From Mobula hypostoma (lineage: Eukaryota): a DNA stretch of 64,000 nucleotides. The notes under the pieces were generated by a model that saw only the letters and a list, made by a program, of their open reading frames with translations, was not told where the DNA came from and did not search any database. The translations under genes and the position numbers were made by a program. Below, piece after piece: positions 36,656 to 48,858 of this stretch (position 1 is the stretch's first letter; each line of letters starts with the position of its first letter). The stretch spans positions 123,504,001-123,568,000 of the forward strand of contig NC_086100.1 in the NCBI RefSeq assembly GCF_963921235.1, read 5' to 3'.

Positions 36656-38347
36656 TTGATAGGTTTTAAAGTAATCAAGGTGTCACAAAAAACTGTGAGT
36701 CAATTGTTTAAGAAAAATAAGATGGCTTGAGCAAAACTAGATTGAGGTGCTTTTATTTACTTCAAAACAAGACAAAATCTGGGAAAAAAAACTATACATA
36801 TAGCCACCCTCAGACTGAACACAAAAGAAAACTAACTCCAAAGCCTTGGTAACCTGAGGCTTATAACTGCTAAGCCCCTCCCCCTAGACCAACCAAAAGC
36901 TAATTAACTCAATTATCCAATTAAAGATGGTCTCCTCCACCATCAGCACATCTGTTCAGGTTGCTGCTGCCTCCATGCAGCAGCTCTGGTTCAGACCCAG
37001 TGATTATTACAGCTGGGGATGAGTGTTTTACTGAGTGCACCATGTGCCATCCGTAGTCGGTGACGGGCCTTCGTCACACAAGGAATATGGAGCCAGTTTA
37101 GATAAAATATGATGAGGTAAAAGATAAGCCACAATATTATTAAATGGCAAAGCACCTGAATAATCTACTCCTACTTTTTTTCTTGTGTTCTTATGTGAAC
37201 CTTGGAGTAGAAGTAAGAATATGAGTAATGGGAAGACGACACACAATTTAGGTTAGAGTACTGATTGATTCTAGAGTTGGGTCAGTGAGTGTTAGGAATG
37301 TACAGTATAGGGCAGGGGTGCAACTGGAGACGGCATTTCGTGCTTTCATTGACCTTTGATTTCATGAGATGCTCCCCAATCTTGCACATCACCACCTTTA
37401 TGCCAAAAGAAGCTCCTATCTCCCTGCAGGAAGGGGCCCTTTCTCCTCTTCATCCAGCAAGCTTCCTTGAGAATAAAAAGAATGTCTTTTGTCACACATT
37501 TCATGTCAAAACTTGCAACAAGGCTGCTAAGACATTTGGAGTAACTCCCACCACCCTTTAGGAAGTGCAAGTATGGCTTTCATCCGCACTGACCACTTGA
37601 ACAGGTGCCAGTGGTAAAGCACCAAACAGTATGGTTAGCGCTGAGCATCCAATGATATCAAGTTGAGACATTGCACAGCCCAATATATTGTTTGCATTAA
37701 CAAACAGCACAATATAAGGATGTGCTGGGGGCAGTCCACAAGTGTCTCCACACATTCTGGGGCCAATATAACATGCCCACAATGTTCAGGAGAACACACT
37801 ATGCAACAAGCAACAAAACAAACCCCTGTCCTCCCTCCCACCTGCTGTGTATTTAATATTTTGGTAATATTTGAATAATATCACAAATATGTTGCTTGAT
37901 TAAGCATTCTTTGCTTGTTTAAATAATTTGTTACGGGTTATATGTAATAGTACATGAATGGGATATGTCATCACACTGCCACGTCACACCTTAAAGCAAA
38001 AACAAAACTAAGACCTGTTCTCCCATACTCCCGACTTTTTCTTGCAATTAGTTTTATCGGTGGAGTTATAAAACATAACAGTGGTGATGAGCAACTTTTA
38101 AACAAACCTGAGATGACTAACAACCTGTTGAAGCGCAGCGAGACATTTGAGCTAAAGAAAAGAGCGCAGAACATGCTTCTTTTGAAGGGACAGACATGGA
38201 TGAGTTTTAAAAAGGGGAGAAAACAGACAAATTCACAGGTTCAGACACAGTGATAATAATCATATTGTTATTAAAAAAAACAGAAATGGCTGACTATAAC
38301 AAAAAGATTGACATGTTTCATTGTCCAACAGATAACCAGATCATGTA

Positions 38348-39827
38348 CAGCTTATCACTGTTATATGCGGGGGATATGTTCCTCGCAGTCGACGCATAAT
38401 GTGAAATTGCATAATGTGAATAATTATTTAAATGGAGAAAATAGGGATGTGTTCTAGAGGGCTTCCTAAATATGTTTTATCTGTAATTTATTCACATTTT
38501 CATACCAATACGACACAAAAACAGTACCACAAGACAACATTTGTATTATATTTCATCAACTTAAGGTAATATTTAATGTAATAAATCATAGAAAGTTAAC
38601 ATCCTAGGGTGTACAGCACTCACCAACAGTGGCAGGTATGTTCGCTCCGGGAGATGAGTGGTTGTTGTGGTGTCGGGCAGCTTTACATGGATAATATGGA
38701 TGGTTGTGGTCATCAGGATCATATCAAGCACAGCAAGGGGTGAAGGAAGACTCACTGAATTCTTAGAACTGCCGGCAGCAGGAGATGACACCGATTTGAA
38801 GAAAGTGGTGAGGGTTGTTTGCTTGGCAGCATTTTGTTTTTCAGCATAAATTTGCTTGTAGCGAAGAAGGGTTGACGGCAGGGAACGACTGAAATGCTGA
38901 CTCCGTTCTAAACTTGGGTCCATGTTCATCACCATTTGTGCCAAGTGTTCCGACTTCCACTATTCCCTCACCGTTGGTAAACTCCCGGGATTTTCAAAAT
39001 CGTCTGTTGCTTGCAGCATCTGAGGGATAGTTCATCGTAAAAAAAATACGTATGCCTTGAATGCGGATCACACCATGGTCGAGCGGTTGAATCAGCGATG
39101 TTGTGTTAGGCGGCAGAAAATGCACTGTTATGTTAGGATGAATGCTGTCCAAATGTTTAGGATGGGCTGGCGCATTGTCAAGCAAAAAAAGAACTTTAAA
39201 GGCAAGATCCTGTTTCCGGCAGTAGCATCCCAGAGCTGTGTTACCTTCAGTTGATACCGCGCTGTTTATAATTTCCAACTTTTTTTCAAGTGTTAAAGCG
39301 GTTCTCTGCCGCTCAGCTGATGGCCCAGGACATGACATCGGACGCTTAGGAGGCATAGCTAAATATTTCAAGCACAAAATCACTTCACCTTAGGTGAAAT
39401 CAACAAAAGTTTAAGAGCGCAAGATCACACATCCACACCTTGCCAAAACCAATCCGAGACTGGCCGGAGTGAGATTGTGAGGCACACGTACCTGACTTGT
39501 ATTGGCGGAAAAGCGGTGCTTCTGGTCCCAACAGTGAGACTGTGAGGTGTGCGCACGTGACTTGTATTGGCGGGAAAGTGGTGCTTCTCAGCCCAACAGT
39601 GAGACTGTGAGGTGTGCGCACGTGACTTGTACTGGCGGGAAAGTGGTGCTTCTCAGCCCAACAGTGAGACTGTGAGGTGTGCGCACGTGACTTGTACTGG
39701 CGGGAAAGCAGTGCTCCTCGCATAACTGTGAGTTTTGGATGCATATAAGGGGACGTTGGTAGAAATAGGTTCCTCGCATAACTGTGAATCCGCATTGTCT
39801 GAAGACACATATAACGAGGATAGGGTG
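38348..39827 (-). mobile_element. Tigger/pogo DNA transposon, internally deleted
   Basis: TA flanks and imperfect terminal inverted repeats. MPPKRP..RTALTLEKKLEII (HTH start) is fused to VLFLLDNAPAHP..FLPPNTTSLIQPLDHGVI (DDE region). Confidence 0.88.
39467..39717. repeat. 65-bp tandem repeat, about 4 copies, with E2F-like and E-box motifs
   Basis: CCCAACAG recurs at 39527, 39592 and 39657; units contain CACGTG and TGGCGGGAAA. Confidence 0.92.
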
Positions 39828-39834
39828 TATACTA

Positions 39835-40797
39835 TCTTCAAAGTTGCTGCGCAGGTTGACTCCGTGGTTAAGAAAGCATATGGTACACTGGCCTTCATCA
39901 ATCATGGGACTGATTTTAGGCACTGAGAGGTAATGTTACAGCTATATAGGACCCTGGTCAGACCCCACTTGGAGTACTGTGCTCAGTTCTGATCATCTCA
40001 CTGCAGGAAGGATGTTAAGACATCTGTTAGTCTGAAAGTCTTCACTCTCCAGGGCGTAGGCCTGGGCAAGGTTGTATGGAAGACCAGCAGTTGCCCATGC
40101 TGCAAGTCTCCCCTCTCCACGACACCAATGTTGTCAAGGAAAGGGCATTAGGACCCATACAGCTTGGCACCAGTGTCATCGCAGAGCAATGTGTGATTAA
40201 GTGCCTCGCTCAAGGACACAACACATGTTGCCTCGGCTGGGGCTCGAACTCACAACCTTCAGGTCACTAGTCCAATGCCTTAACCACTTGGCCACGTGCC
40301 CACAGGAAGGATGTGGAAACCATAGAAAGGGTGGAGAGGAGATTTACAAGGATGTTGTCTGGATTGGGGAGCATGCCTAATGCGAATAGGTTGAGTGAAC
40401 TCGGCCTTTTCTCCTTGGAGCAACAGAGGATGAGAGGTGACCTGATAGAGGTGTACAAGATGATTGTGTGAATCGTCAGAGGCTTTTTTCCAGGGCTGAA
40501 ATGGCTAACATGAGAGGGCACAATTTTCAGGTGCTTGGAAGTAAGTACAGAGGAGATGTCAGGGGTAAGTTTTTCACTCAAAGAGTGGTGAGTGCGTGGA
40601 ACGGGCTGGCAGCGACGATGGTGGAGGCAGATACGATAGGGTCTTTTAAGAGACTTCTGGATGGGTACATGGAGCTCAGAAAAATAGAAGGCTATGGGTA
40701 ACCCTAGGTAATTTCTAAGGTAAGGACATGTTTGGCACAGCTTTGTGGGCAAAGGGCCTGTATTGTGCTGTAGGTTTTCTGTGTTCTATGTTCTACA
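39835..40797 (+). mobile_element. CR1 3' fragment
   Basis: KVAAQVDSVVKKAYGTLAFI, RGKFFTQRVVSAWNGL; TTCTATG tail. Confidence 0.9.
40016..40302 (-). mobile_element. tRNA-head SINE with CORE-like body and RTE-related tail
   Basis: 12-bp TSD CAGGAAGGATGT (40004-40015, 40303-40314); A box TGGCCAAGTGG, B box AGTTCGAGCC. Confidence 0.88.
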
Positions 40798-40799
40798 TG

Positions 40800-41010
40800 G
40801 GGGGGCGGGTGAGGTCTGGGCCTGACGTCCCGCTCACCCAGGGAAAGTGAACGCGCAATACTTGCCTCTCCTTTCCCGGTGTAGTGATCGCCACGTGGTC
40901 ACTGTCTGGCCTGCTAGGCAGGAGGCCACTGCAAATGGCCTCTCCTACATTACTGCATCCGTAGCAACACCTTCTCGCCGGTGCCCCCCGTTTCCACCGA
41001 GCTTGCTACG
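40800..41010 (+). ncRNA. Predicted HDV-like self-cleaving ribozyme at the RTE 5' end
   Basis: P1 GGGGGGC 40800-40806 with GCCCCCC 40983-40989; P2 CGTAGCAA 40960-40967 with TTGCTACG 41003-41010; P3 ACC/GGT; L3 TTCTCGCC; J4/2 CCGA. Confidence 0.72.
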
Positions 41011-41046
41011 TCATGGTGTGACCGAGTGTCTGGCGGTATAACTGGA

Positions 41047-41185
41047 TGGGTAGGCTGGGCTCGTTAGCCTTGGTTGGCAGCCAGCCTAAGAGAAGGACAA
41101 CTCTGAATCCAAACCCGGGCAGGTGGGGCTCGTTAGCCTTGTCAGGCCATCCATCTAGGAGAAGGGCACTCCGACGTAAATCCTA
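41047..41185 (+). repeat. 69-bp tandem duplication in RTE 5'UTR
   Basis: GGGCTCGTTAGCCTT at 41057 and 41126. Confidence 0.8.
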
Positions 41186-41457
41186 CCACCCAAGGGCCTC
41201 GCTGTCACCGTCCCAGCTTGCTAGGCTATGACAGATGAACCCCTGGTGTAAAGGGTGGGGCCAATACCGCACACACTACACTCCACCTAAAATACCATTG
41301 CGCAGGCCACATCTATGACCATGTTCCCTGACCATTCATCAAGCCCTGCAGTGATGGGAAATGGGTGAAAAAGGCAGGTGGAAGATGACACTGGAAGCCG
41401 CAGTTCCGACCCTGCATGCAGATGGTTCAGGTGTATGGGTCGTCTGATGTCGACCCC

Positions 41458-42389
41458 TGTTATGCAACTCTGGGGTTCCTTTTTGCTGTGGACTGTCACT
41501 TTAAGGCACAAGAAAGAACTGAGACTAACTTCTGGACGTCTGCTGAGAGAGAGAGGGGCAGAGTCTGTCTTTCAGCTCGTGCTTACACTTTCACAAGGAC
41601 ACTGACTACTGCTGTCAGCTTTTGGATTGCCATGGAAAGAGAGAGAGGTGGAGTTATTTGATGGACAATCGATGTTATGGTTTCTCTGCAGCATGTTTAC
41701 ACTTTGCAAGGACACTGGCAGCTTCCAAGTTCTTACAGAGAGAGAAGGGAGAAGCTGATTGATGGACAGCTGGTATTCAGCACAGTGAGATAAATAGAAG
41801 GTCAACTGATAGACTGACAGACACATGGTTTTGGACACTGAATGAGCTTTGTTGTGCCCACAGTAAAGGTGGGTTTTGGAGGATTGATCAGGCGGATCGA
41901 TCAGTGGCTCTCGCAGTGTGAAAAGGGTGTGACCGGTGGGGAGTTATTCGTGTGTCCAACCCTTGTCTGGGTTGATAATTCCACCACAGAAGAACGATTC
42001 CCCCTTGTTGTGGTCACAGTCGGTGACTTCTAAAGGATTTCAGAGGACAACCGGAAGATCGACGGTGTCAACTCACCTGAAGACTCAAATCCCTCCCTCT
42101 CTCTCTCTCTCCCCACCACTACTCAACTCAATACCACAAACTGAACCGAACTTTACTCATCATCGTAAGACTATCTATTTACCCCTAGTCTTGAAGAAGC
42201 TTGGTTTTCATATATTTCCACACACACACACATATATATATAAAATCATTGCTAACCTGTTTGATATATCTGCACTTATATTACTGTATTGCTTAGTTAC
42301 TAATAAATACCATTAGTTAATAGCAATACTGGACACCAAAGTGTTTTCCATTTCTGCTGGATCTTTAACCCGTCACAGGGTACGTGACA
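41458..42389 (+). mobile_element. Solo LTR related to the 1333-5518 LTRs, inserted in RTE 5'UTR
   Basis: TGTTA...TGACA ends, 5-bp TSD ACCCC (41453-41457, 42390-42394). 3' end CCATTTCTGCTGG..GGGTACGTGACA is homologous to the reverse complement of 1333-1375. Confidence 0.88.
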
Positions 42390-45300
42390 ACCCCGGAGAT
42401 GACAATATCATTCGGCAGTGCCCTAAATGACCAAGCAGCCTTCTCTGGGACAGCACTGCTTGCTCCACCCGGAGAGGGGCCTAGAAAAGGTGGCCTAACC
42501 AAAGCTCGTTTCCATTTCCCCCAGTTGGCTAGCTGTGGGTCAACGGGCATCCTCAAATGTGGTCAAACAACAACAAAAACGAAAAGTACACACCTGCCTC
42601 ACAAGGAGTGCAAGGACTAAAGCTCGCATGCTGGAACATCAGAACCATACTCGAGTGGTCACCCAGAATGACGATCCACTCTAGCTGCGCATGAACTTTT
42701 AAGACTGAATGTCGACATCACTGCTGTCAGTGAAGTCCGCTTCCCAGAGGAAGGCAACCTTCAAGAACATGGCGTCGGCTACACCCTCTACTGGTCAGGC
42801 GAGCCAGAGACTGAGAGACACCTTTCTGGCATTGGTTTTATGGTCAGGAACTCCATTGCCTCCAAACTTGAAAAATTGCCAACGGGTCACTCCAACCGTA
42901 TCATCTCCATGCACCTCCCACTTCGAACCAAGCAGCATGCCACACTCTTCAGCGTGTACACCCCCACTCTTCAAGCAGATCCTGCAGAAAAGAACAAGTT
43001 TGACACTGATCTGCGCACCTTGTATGGAACCCCCCTGAAGACGATAAGGTCTTCATCCTTGGTGACTTCAATGCCAGAGTAGGCCTAGATTCAGACGCCT
43101 GGAAAAGAGTACTTGGTAAATGTGGTGTTGGAAACTGCATCGACAACGGGCGCCTTCTGTTAAGAGTTTTGCGCGGAGCAGCATATCACCATCACTAACA
43201 CCATTTTCCAGCAGAAAGACAGTCTGAAGACAACCTGGATGCATCCTCGGTCCAAGCATTGTCACCTCTTAGACTACATCTTGGTGCACCAGAGAGACCT
43301 TCGGGACATCTTACTCACCCGAGTGATGCCCAGTGCAGAGTGTCGTACGGACCCTCGTCTTGTCCGCTGCAAACTCAGTCTCCATTTCAAACCCAAGCCA
43401 AAGAGAGGAGGCGCTCCAAGGAAGAAGTTTCAGGTTGGCAACCCCCAGTCAGTTGAAGCGAAAGCTGACTTTCAGACGAATCTTCAGTCAAGGCTTCAGG
43501 ATCCCAGTTTCCCTACAGACTCCTCTCCAGAAGTGCTTTGGGAACACCTAGAAACCACCATCCTGCAAACCTCTGAAGAAGTCCAAGGGTTTTCCACAAA
43601 GAAGAACAAGGACTGGTTCGATAGGAACAATCAGGAGGTCCAAGAAAACAACCAGGAGATCCAAGAATTGCTGGTGAAGAAGAGATCCACCCACCAGGCA
43701 CACCTTGCTCAGCCGTCTTGTCCTGATAAGAAAGTAGCTTTCCGCCTTGTACGCAGCAACCTCCAGCTCAAGTTTCAAGAGATTCAGAAAGTGTGGTGGA
43801 CCAACCTCGCAAAGAGAACTCAGCTTTGTGCAGACACCGGTGACTACAGAGGGTTTTATGAAGCCATGAGAGCGGTGTATGGCCCTTCACACCAGGTCCA
43901 GAGTCCCTTGCGCAGTGCAGACGGTCAGGCACCCTTCACAGACAAGGCGTCCATCCTGAACCGGTGGTCGGAACATTTCCAGACTCTCTTCGGCACCAAT
44001 CACATGGTACAAGACTCAGCAATTCATCGCATCCCACAACAGCCAGAGAAAACAGAACTGGACAAGATTCCAACCCCGGAAGAGAGTCAAGGCCATAGAG
44101 CAGCTGAAAAGTGGCAAGGCAGCAGGAGTTGATGGAATCCCACCTGAGATTTGGAAGCATGGGGACCCAGCGTTACACACCAAACTCCACGAGTTCTTTG
44201 TCTGCTACTGGGAACAAGGTAAACTACCACAGGGCCTCCGTGATGCAGTCATCATTGCCCTGTATAAGAACAAGGGGGAAAGGTCCGACTGCTCCATTTA
44301 CCAGGGGATAACTCTTCTCTCTATCACAGGAAAAATCCTCGCAAGAGTACTCCTCAACAGATTGGTGCCCATCATTGCAGAAGAACGCCTCCCAGAGAGC
44401 CAGTGTGGCTTCAGAGCCAACAGAGCACCACCAACATCGTATTTGTTCTCAGGCAGCTCCAAGAGAAATGTAGGGAACAGAACAAGGGATTGTACGTGAC
44501 ATTTGTCGACCTTACCACAGCGCTCGACACTGTGAGCAGGGAAGGTCTGTGGCAAATCATGGAACGACTGGGATGTCCCCCAGAGCTCCTCAGCATGGTC
44601 ATCCAGCTACATGAAGATCAGAGTGGCCAAGTCAGACACAACAATGACCTCTCAGAACCCTTCCCAATAGACAACGGAGTAAAGCAATGCTACGTCCTCG
44701 CACCGACTCTCTTCACCATCTTCTCCAGCATGATGCTCAAAAGGGCCACAGAAGACCTTGATGACAAGGACGGTGTCTACATCTGATACCGCACCGATGG
44801 CAGCCTGTTCAACCTGAGGCGACTACAGTCCCACACCTAGACACTGGAGCAACTCATCTGAGAGCTACTCTTCGCCGATGATGCTGCCCTTGTTGCCCAC
44901 ACAGAGACAGCCCTGCAGCGTATAACATCCTGCTTCACAGAGGCTGCCAAGCTCTTTGGACAGGAAGTCACCTTGAAGAAGACAGAAGTTCTCCATCAGC
45001 CCGCACCTCAGGAAGATTACCACCCTCCCCGCATCACCATCGGTGAGGTAGAGCTGATGACAGTCCACCAGTTCAGCTACTTTGGGTGCACCATCTTGTC
45101 AGATGCCAGGATCGACAAAGAGATTGACAACAGACTGGCAAAGGCAAACAGCGCATTCAGCAGGCTGTACAAAAGAGTCTGGATCAACAAGCATTTGAAG
45201 AAAATCACAAAGATCAGTGTGTACAGAGCTGTTGTGCTGACCACCCTCTTGTACGGCTCCGAGTCGTGGGTCACCTACCATCACCAACTGCGACTCCTTG

Positions 45301-46568
45301 AGCGTTTCCACCAGCACTGCCTCCGCACCGTCCTCAACATCCACTGGAGTGACTTCATCACCAACATCGAAGTCCTCGAACAGGCGGAGGTCACCAGCAT
45401 CGAGGCCATGCTGTTGAAGACGCAGCTGCGCTGGGCAGGGCACATCTCCAGGATGGAGGATCATCGCCTGCCCAAGATTGTGCTGAATGGCGAACTCTCC
45501 ACTGGCCACAGTGACAGAGGGACACCAAAGAAGAGGTACAAGGACTCTCTGAAGAAATCCCTTGGTGCCTGTCACATTGACCATTGCCAGTCGTCTAATC
45601 TAGCCTCCAATCGCGAGGCCTGGTGACACAACATTCACCAGTCTGTCTCCTCCTTCGAGAACGCACGCAGGGCTGGCATTGAGGACAAAAGGAGAAGGAG
45701 GAAGAACTGTGTCACAGCAGCACCAAACCCAGAACAGAATTTCCCTTGCAGTCACTGTGGCCGGGCCTGCCTGTCCCATATTGGCCTCGTCAGCCACCAG
45801 TGAGCCTGCAGCAGACGTGGGCAGCCCCCTTCCTAAATCTTCGTTCGTGAAGTCAAGCCATGATAATGATGATGATGTTCTATATTCTATGAATAAATTG
45901 AACAGTATTTTAAAGTAAATGAAATAACAGATGAGAAACAAGTGCCAGTTTTGCTGAGTGCATTTGGTTTAAAGGCATACAATTTGCTTAGATATTTGAT
46001 AATCCAACCAAACCTGTGAAAGTAATGCACGGACATTTAGAACCAAAAGCATTTTTGATTGCCAGACACTTTAGGTTTCAGAAGCAGAATCAAAAGTAAG
46101 GGGAATACTTTTCAGCGTATGTCACTGTATTGGAGAAGTTGTCTGAGCATTGTCAGTTCAGCAATGTGATTTATGATGCACTGAGAGATTGTTTAGTTTG
46201 TGGAAATTTACAAGAAAGCACTCAAAAATTGCTCCTAACTGAAGCACAACTTATATTTAAAAGAACAGTTGAAGTTACTACATTGATGGAAACAGCAGAC
46301 AGAGATGCATTGAGTTGCAGTCAAGTGAGTGTGAACAAAATTGTAACGTCTAAGCAGAAACCTGCCTGATCGAACAATTATGTTACCCTTGTGGCAAGGG
46401 CTCTCATACACCAAATCAATGCAGATTTAAAGGTGAAATTCACACAAAATGCAACAAAGTAGGACACATGCAAAGAGCATGATGGATAGACAAAAATAAA
46501 TGGACTGCACAGGGAAGAGAAAAAGCTAAAAAGTCAAATTGCATTTTCAAATAAAGCACAAATCTTCA

Positions 46569-46667
46569 CCCTGATGAAGAATCTCAGCCTGAAACATCGA
46601 CTGTTTACTCTTTTCTATAGATGTTGCTTGACCTGCTGAGTTCTTCCAGCAGTTTATGTGTGTTGCA
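46569..46667 (+). repeat. Single-arm copy of hammerhead-bearing repeat
   Basis: CTGATGAAGAATCTCAGCCTGAAACATCGACTG..GTGTGTTGC. Confidence 0.75.
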
Positions 46668-48858
46668 ATAGATAAGACATATGGCTTACACCAGAATTAA
46701 ATGGCAAATTAATTAAAATGAAATTGGACACTGCCTCAGCTGTTTCAGTCTTTCCACAAAATGAGTTTGAGTGGCATTTCAAAGATACTGTACTAAAGCC
46801 TACAGATACCCAAGTAAGAACTTACACAGAAGAAAAGATAACTCCTGTGGGAATGACATTCATAATAGTGAAATACAACGATCAACAAGTCACATTGGGC
46901 TTATGTGTGGTAAAAACAGAAGGGTCAGCACTGTGGGGATGTAATTGGCTGAAACAACTACAACTTAATTGGAGATCCATCCACCATTTGCACCTGTAAT
47001 AGTGAACGGAAAACAAATTAAGAAAGTCACTGGGTGATGCCACAGCAGTTCTCAGGAAAGACACTAGAAAACTCAAACATATCTAGGGTAAAATAGTGTT
47101 AAAATAAAATGCCACATCCAAGTTTTACAAAGCCCGTCCAGTTGCTTATACCATCTGTGATAAACTAGCCTGTGAGATGGATCACATGGAGGCTGAAGTA
47201 ATTCTTTCCAAGGTTGAGTGGAGCCCATGGGCAATGCCAGTGATCTCAGTTGCCATGAACAATGGGTCTGTCAGGATCTGTGAAGATTTTAAGGTCACCG
47301 TTATTCCAGTACTGAAAGTAGATCAATAGCCCCTGCCCAGAATAGCGTATATCTTTGCAAACCTTTCTGCAGGGAGAAGCACTTCAGCAAAGTGGACTTA
47401 GCTGAGGCCTAACTGCAGATGGATATGGAAGATGAGTTCCACCATAAACACTCACAAAGGGCTTTATTGCTATAATAGATTTATTTTCGGGGTGGCATCT
47501 GCACTGGCACTCTGGCAGAAGCTCTGGACTAGATGATGCAAGGCTGCTCAGGCACTCAGTGTTACCTGGATGACATCACTAGTAAGCATGACAAGGAATA
47601 TCTCCAAAATCTCAAGACAGTGTGAAAAAGATTATAAGATTATGGGCTCAGAGGATTCACAACAAATGTGATTTTTTTTAAATTAAGTATCACCTACTGT
47701 GGTCACGCCATTGATACACAAGAGTTACAGCAGTGTGCTGGGAAAACTCAAGCAGTGGTGAATACCCTAAGGCTAAAGGACATCATAGTTGCCTTCCTTT
47801 TCAGGATTTGTCACTTGCTATAGCAGCTTCTTCACACACTAGTGATGTGTTGAGAAGCCCTTTCGAAAGGACTGGTGTTCCAAAACACTTAGTCAGTGAC
47901 GATAGACACAGCTTGTTGCAGAGCAGCTTCAGTCATTCCTGAAGATGAATGGAATAAGACATATTACATCAGCACCGTACCACCCAGCTACAAATGGTTT
48001 GGTGGAAAGGTTTGTCCAGAGTCTAAGAACACACCATGACATTGTCAACAGCACACACTGCACTAACACTTAACCAGAAGCTCGCCAATTTCCTTCTTGC
48101 ACATCGTAATGCAACAAACTTCACAACCAGCAACTCCCCAGCTCTGCTATTTCTGGATTGTCCCTTACATTCATGCTTGGATCTCCTCAAACCCAATCTC
48201 AGAAGGAGTATGCAGGATGAACAGCTGAGACAAATTGAGAGCTCCTCAATCAAAGAGGTTTGATGTTTCACTCCTGGACAAGCAGCCCTGGCGAGGGAAT
48301 ACAGAAGTGATCAAAATTGGGTACTCGGATTAAAAAGAGATGTGGACCATTCTCCTACACTGTGGAGACTGCATCTGATGTCATCTAGCGATGACACATC
48401 AAATCAGTTGAGGACAGCAGAGTCAATTGTTGGAGAAGAAAGGTGGCCAGAGCTGTCTGGACCAGCTCTGGAACTCTTTAGTCCCAGATTCAACTCCTAC
48501 AACCACCACAGAGGAGGCTTCAGAAACTGAGATTGTTTCACAGCCACAAGTCTCACCAGCCAAACAGAGTGACCTTCCTTGTCAGGAAAGATGTTATCCC
48601 ACAAATGTAAGAAGTTCTCCACAGCGATTAAAATGGGACAATTTCAAATTTACTATGCTGTAGATATCTACATAGTCATATTATATTGTACACTGTGTAT
48701 GTAGTTGAGGTGCATTCTATATTGAATTGAAATTTATAACAGGGAGAAGTGTTGTGTTTTTAATATTTCAGTAATAGTTGAGTAACACTATAAATATTTT
48801 GTCTAATTAAGCATTCTTTATTTGTTTAAATATTTAATTACCAGTTATATGTAATAGT

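Larger units (their letters stand above)
40799..45875 (+). mobile_element. Full-length RTE-clade (BovB-like) LINE, degraded ORF
   Basis: Endonuclease KLACWNIRT (~42620), RT SQCGFRA, TFVDLTTALDTVSREGLW, GVKQCYVLAPTLF, LFADDAAL, QLRWAGHISRMEDHRLPK, terminal C2H2-like motif, (TGA)n tail. Approximate TSD TGTTCTAT(G/A)TTCTA at 40782-40795 and 45876-45889. Confidence 0.92.

Noticed and set aside
39467-39717. CRISPR-like array
   Set aside because: The units are contiguous near-identical tandem repeats without unique spacers, inside a eukaryotic transposon.
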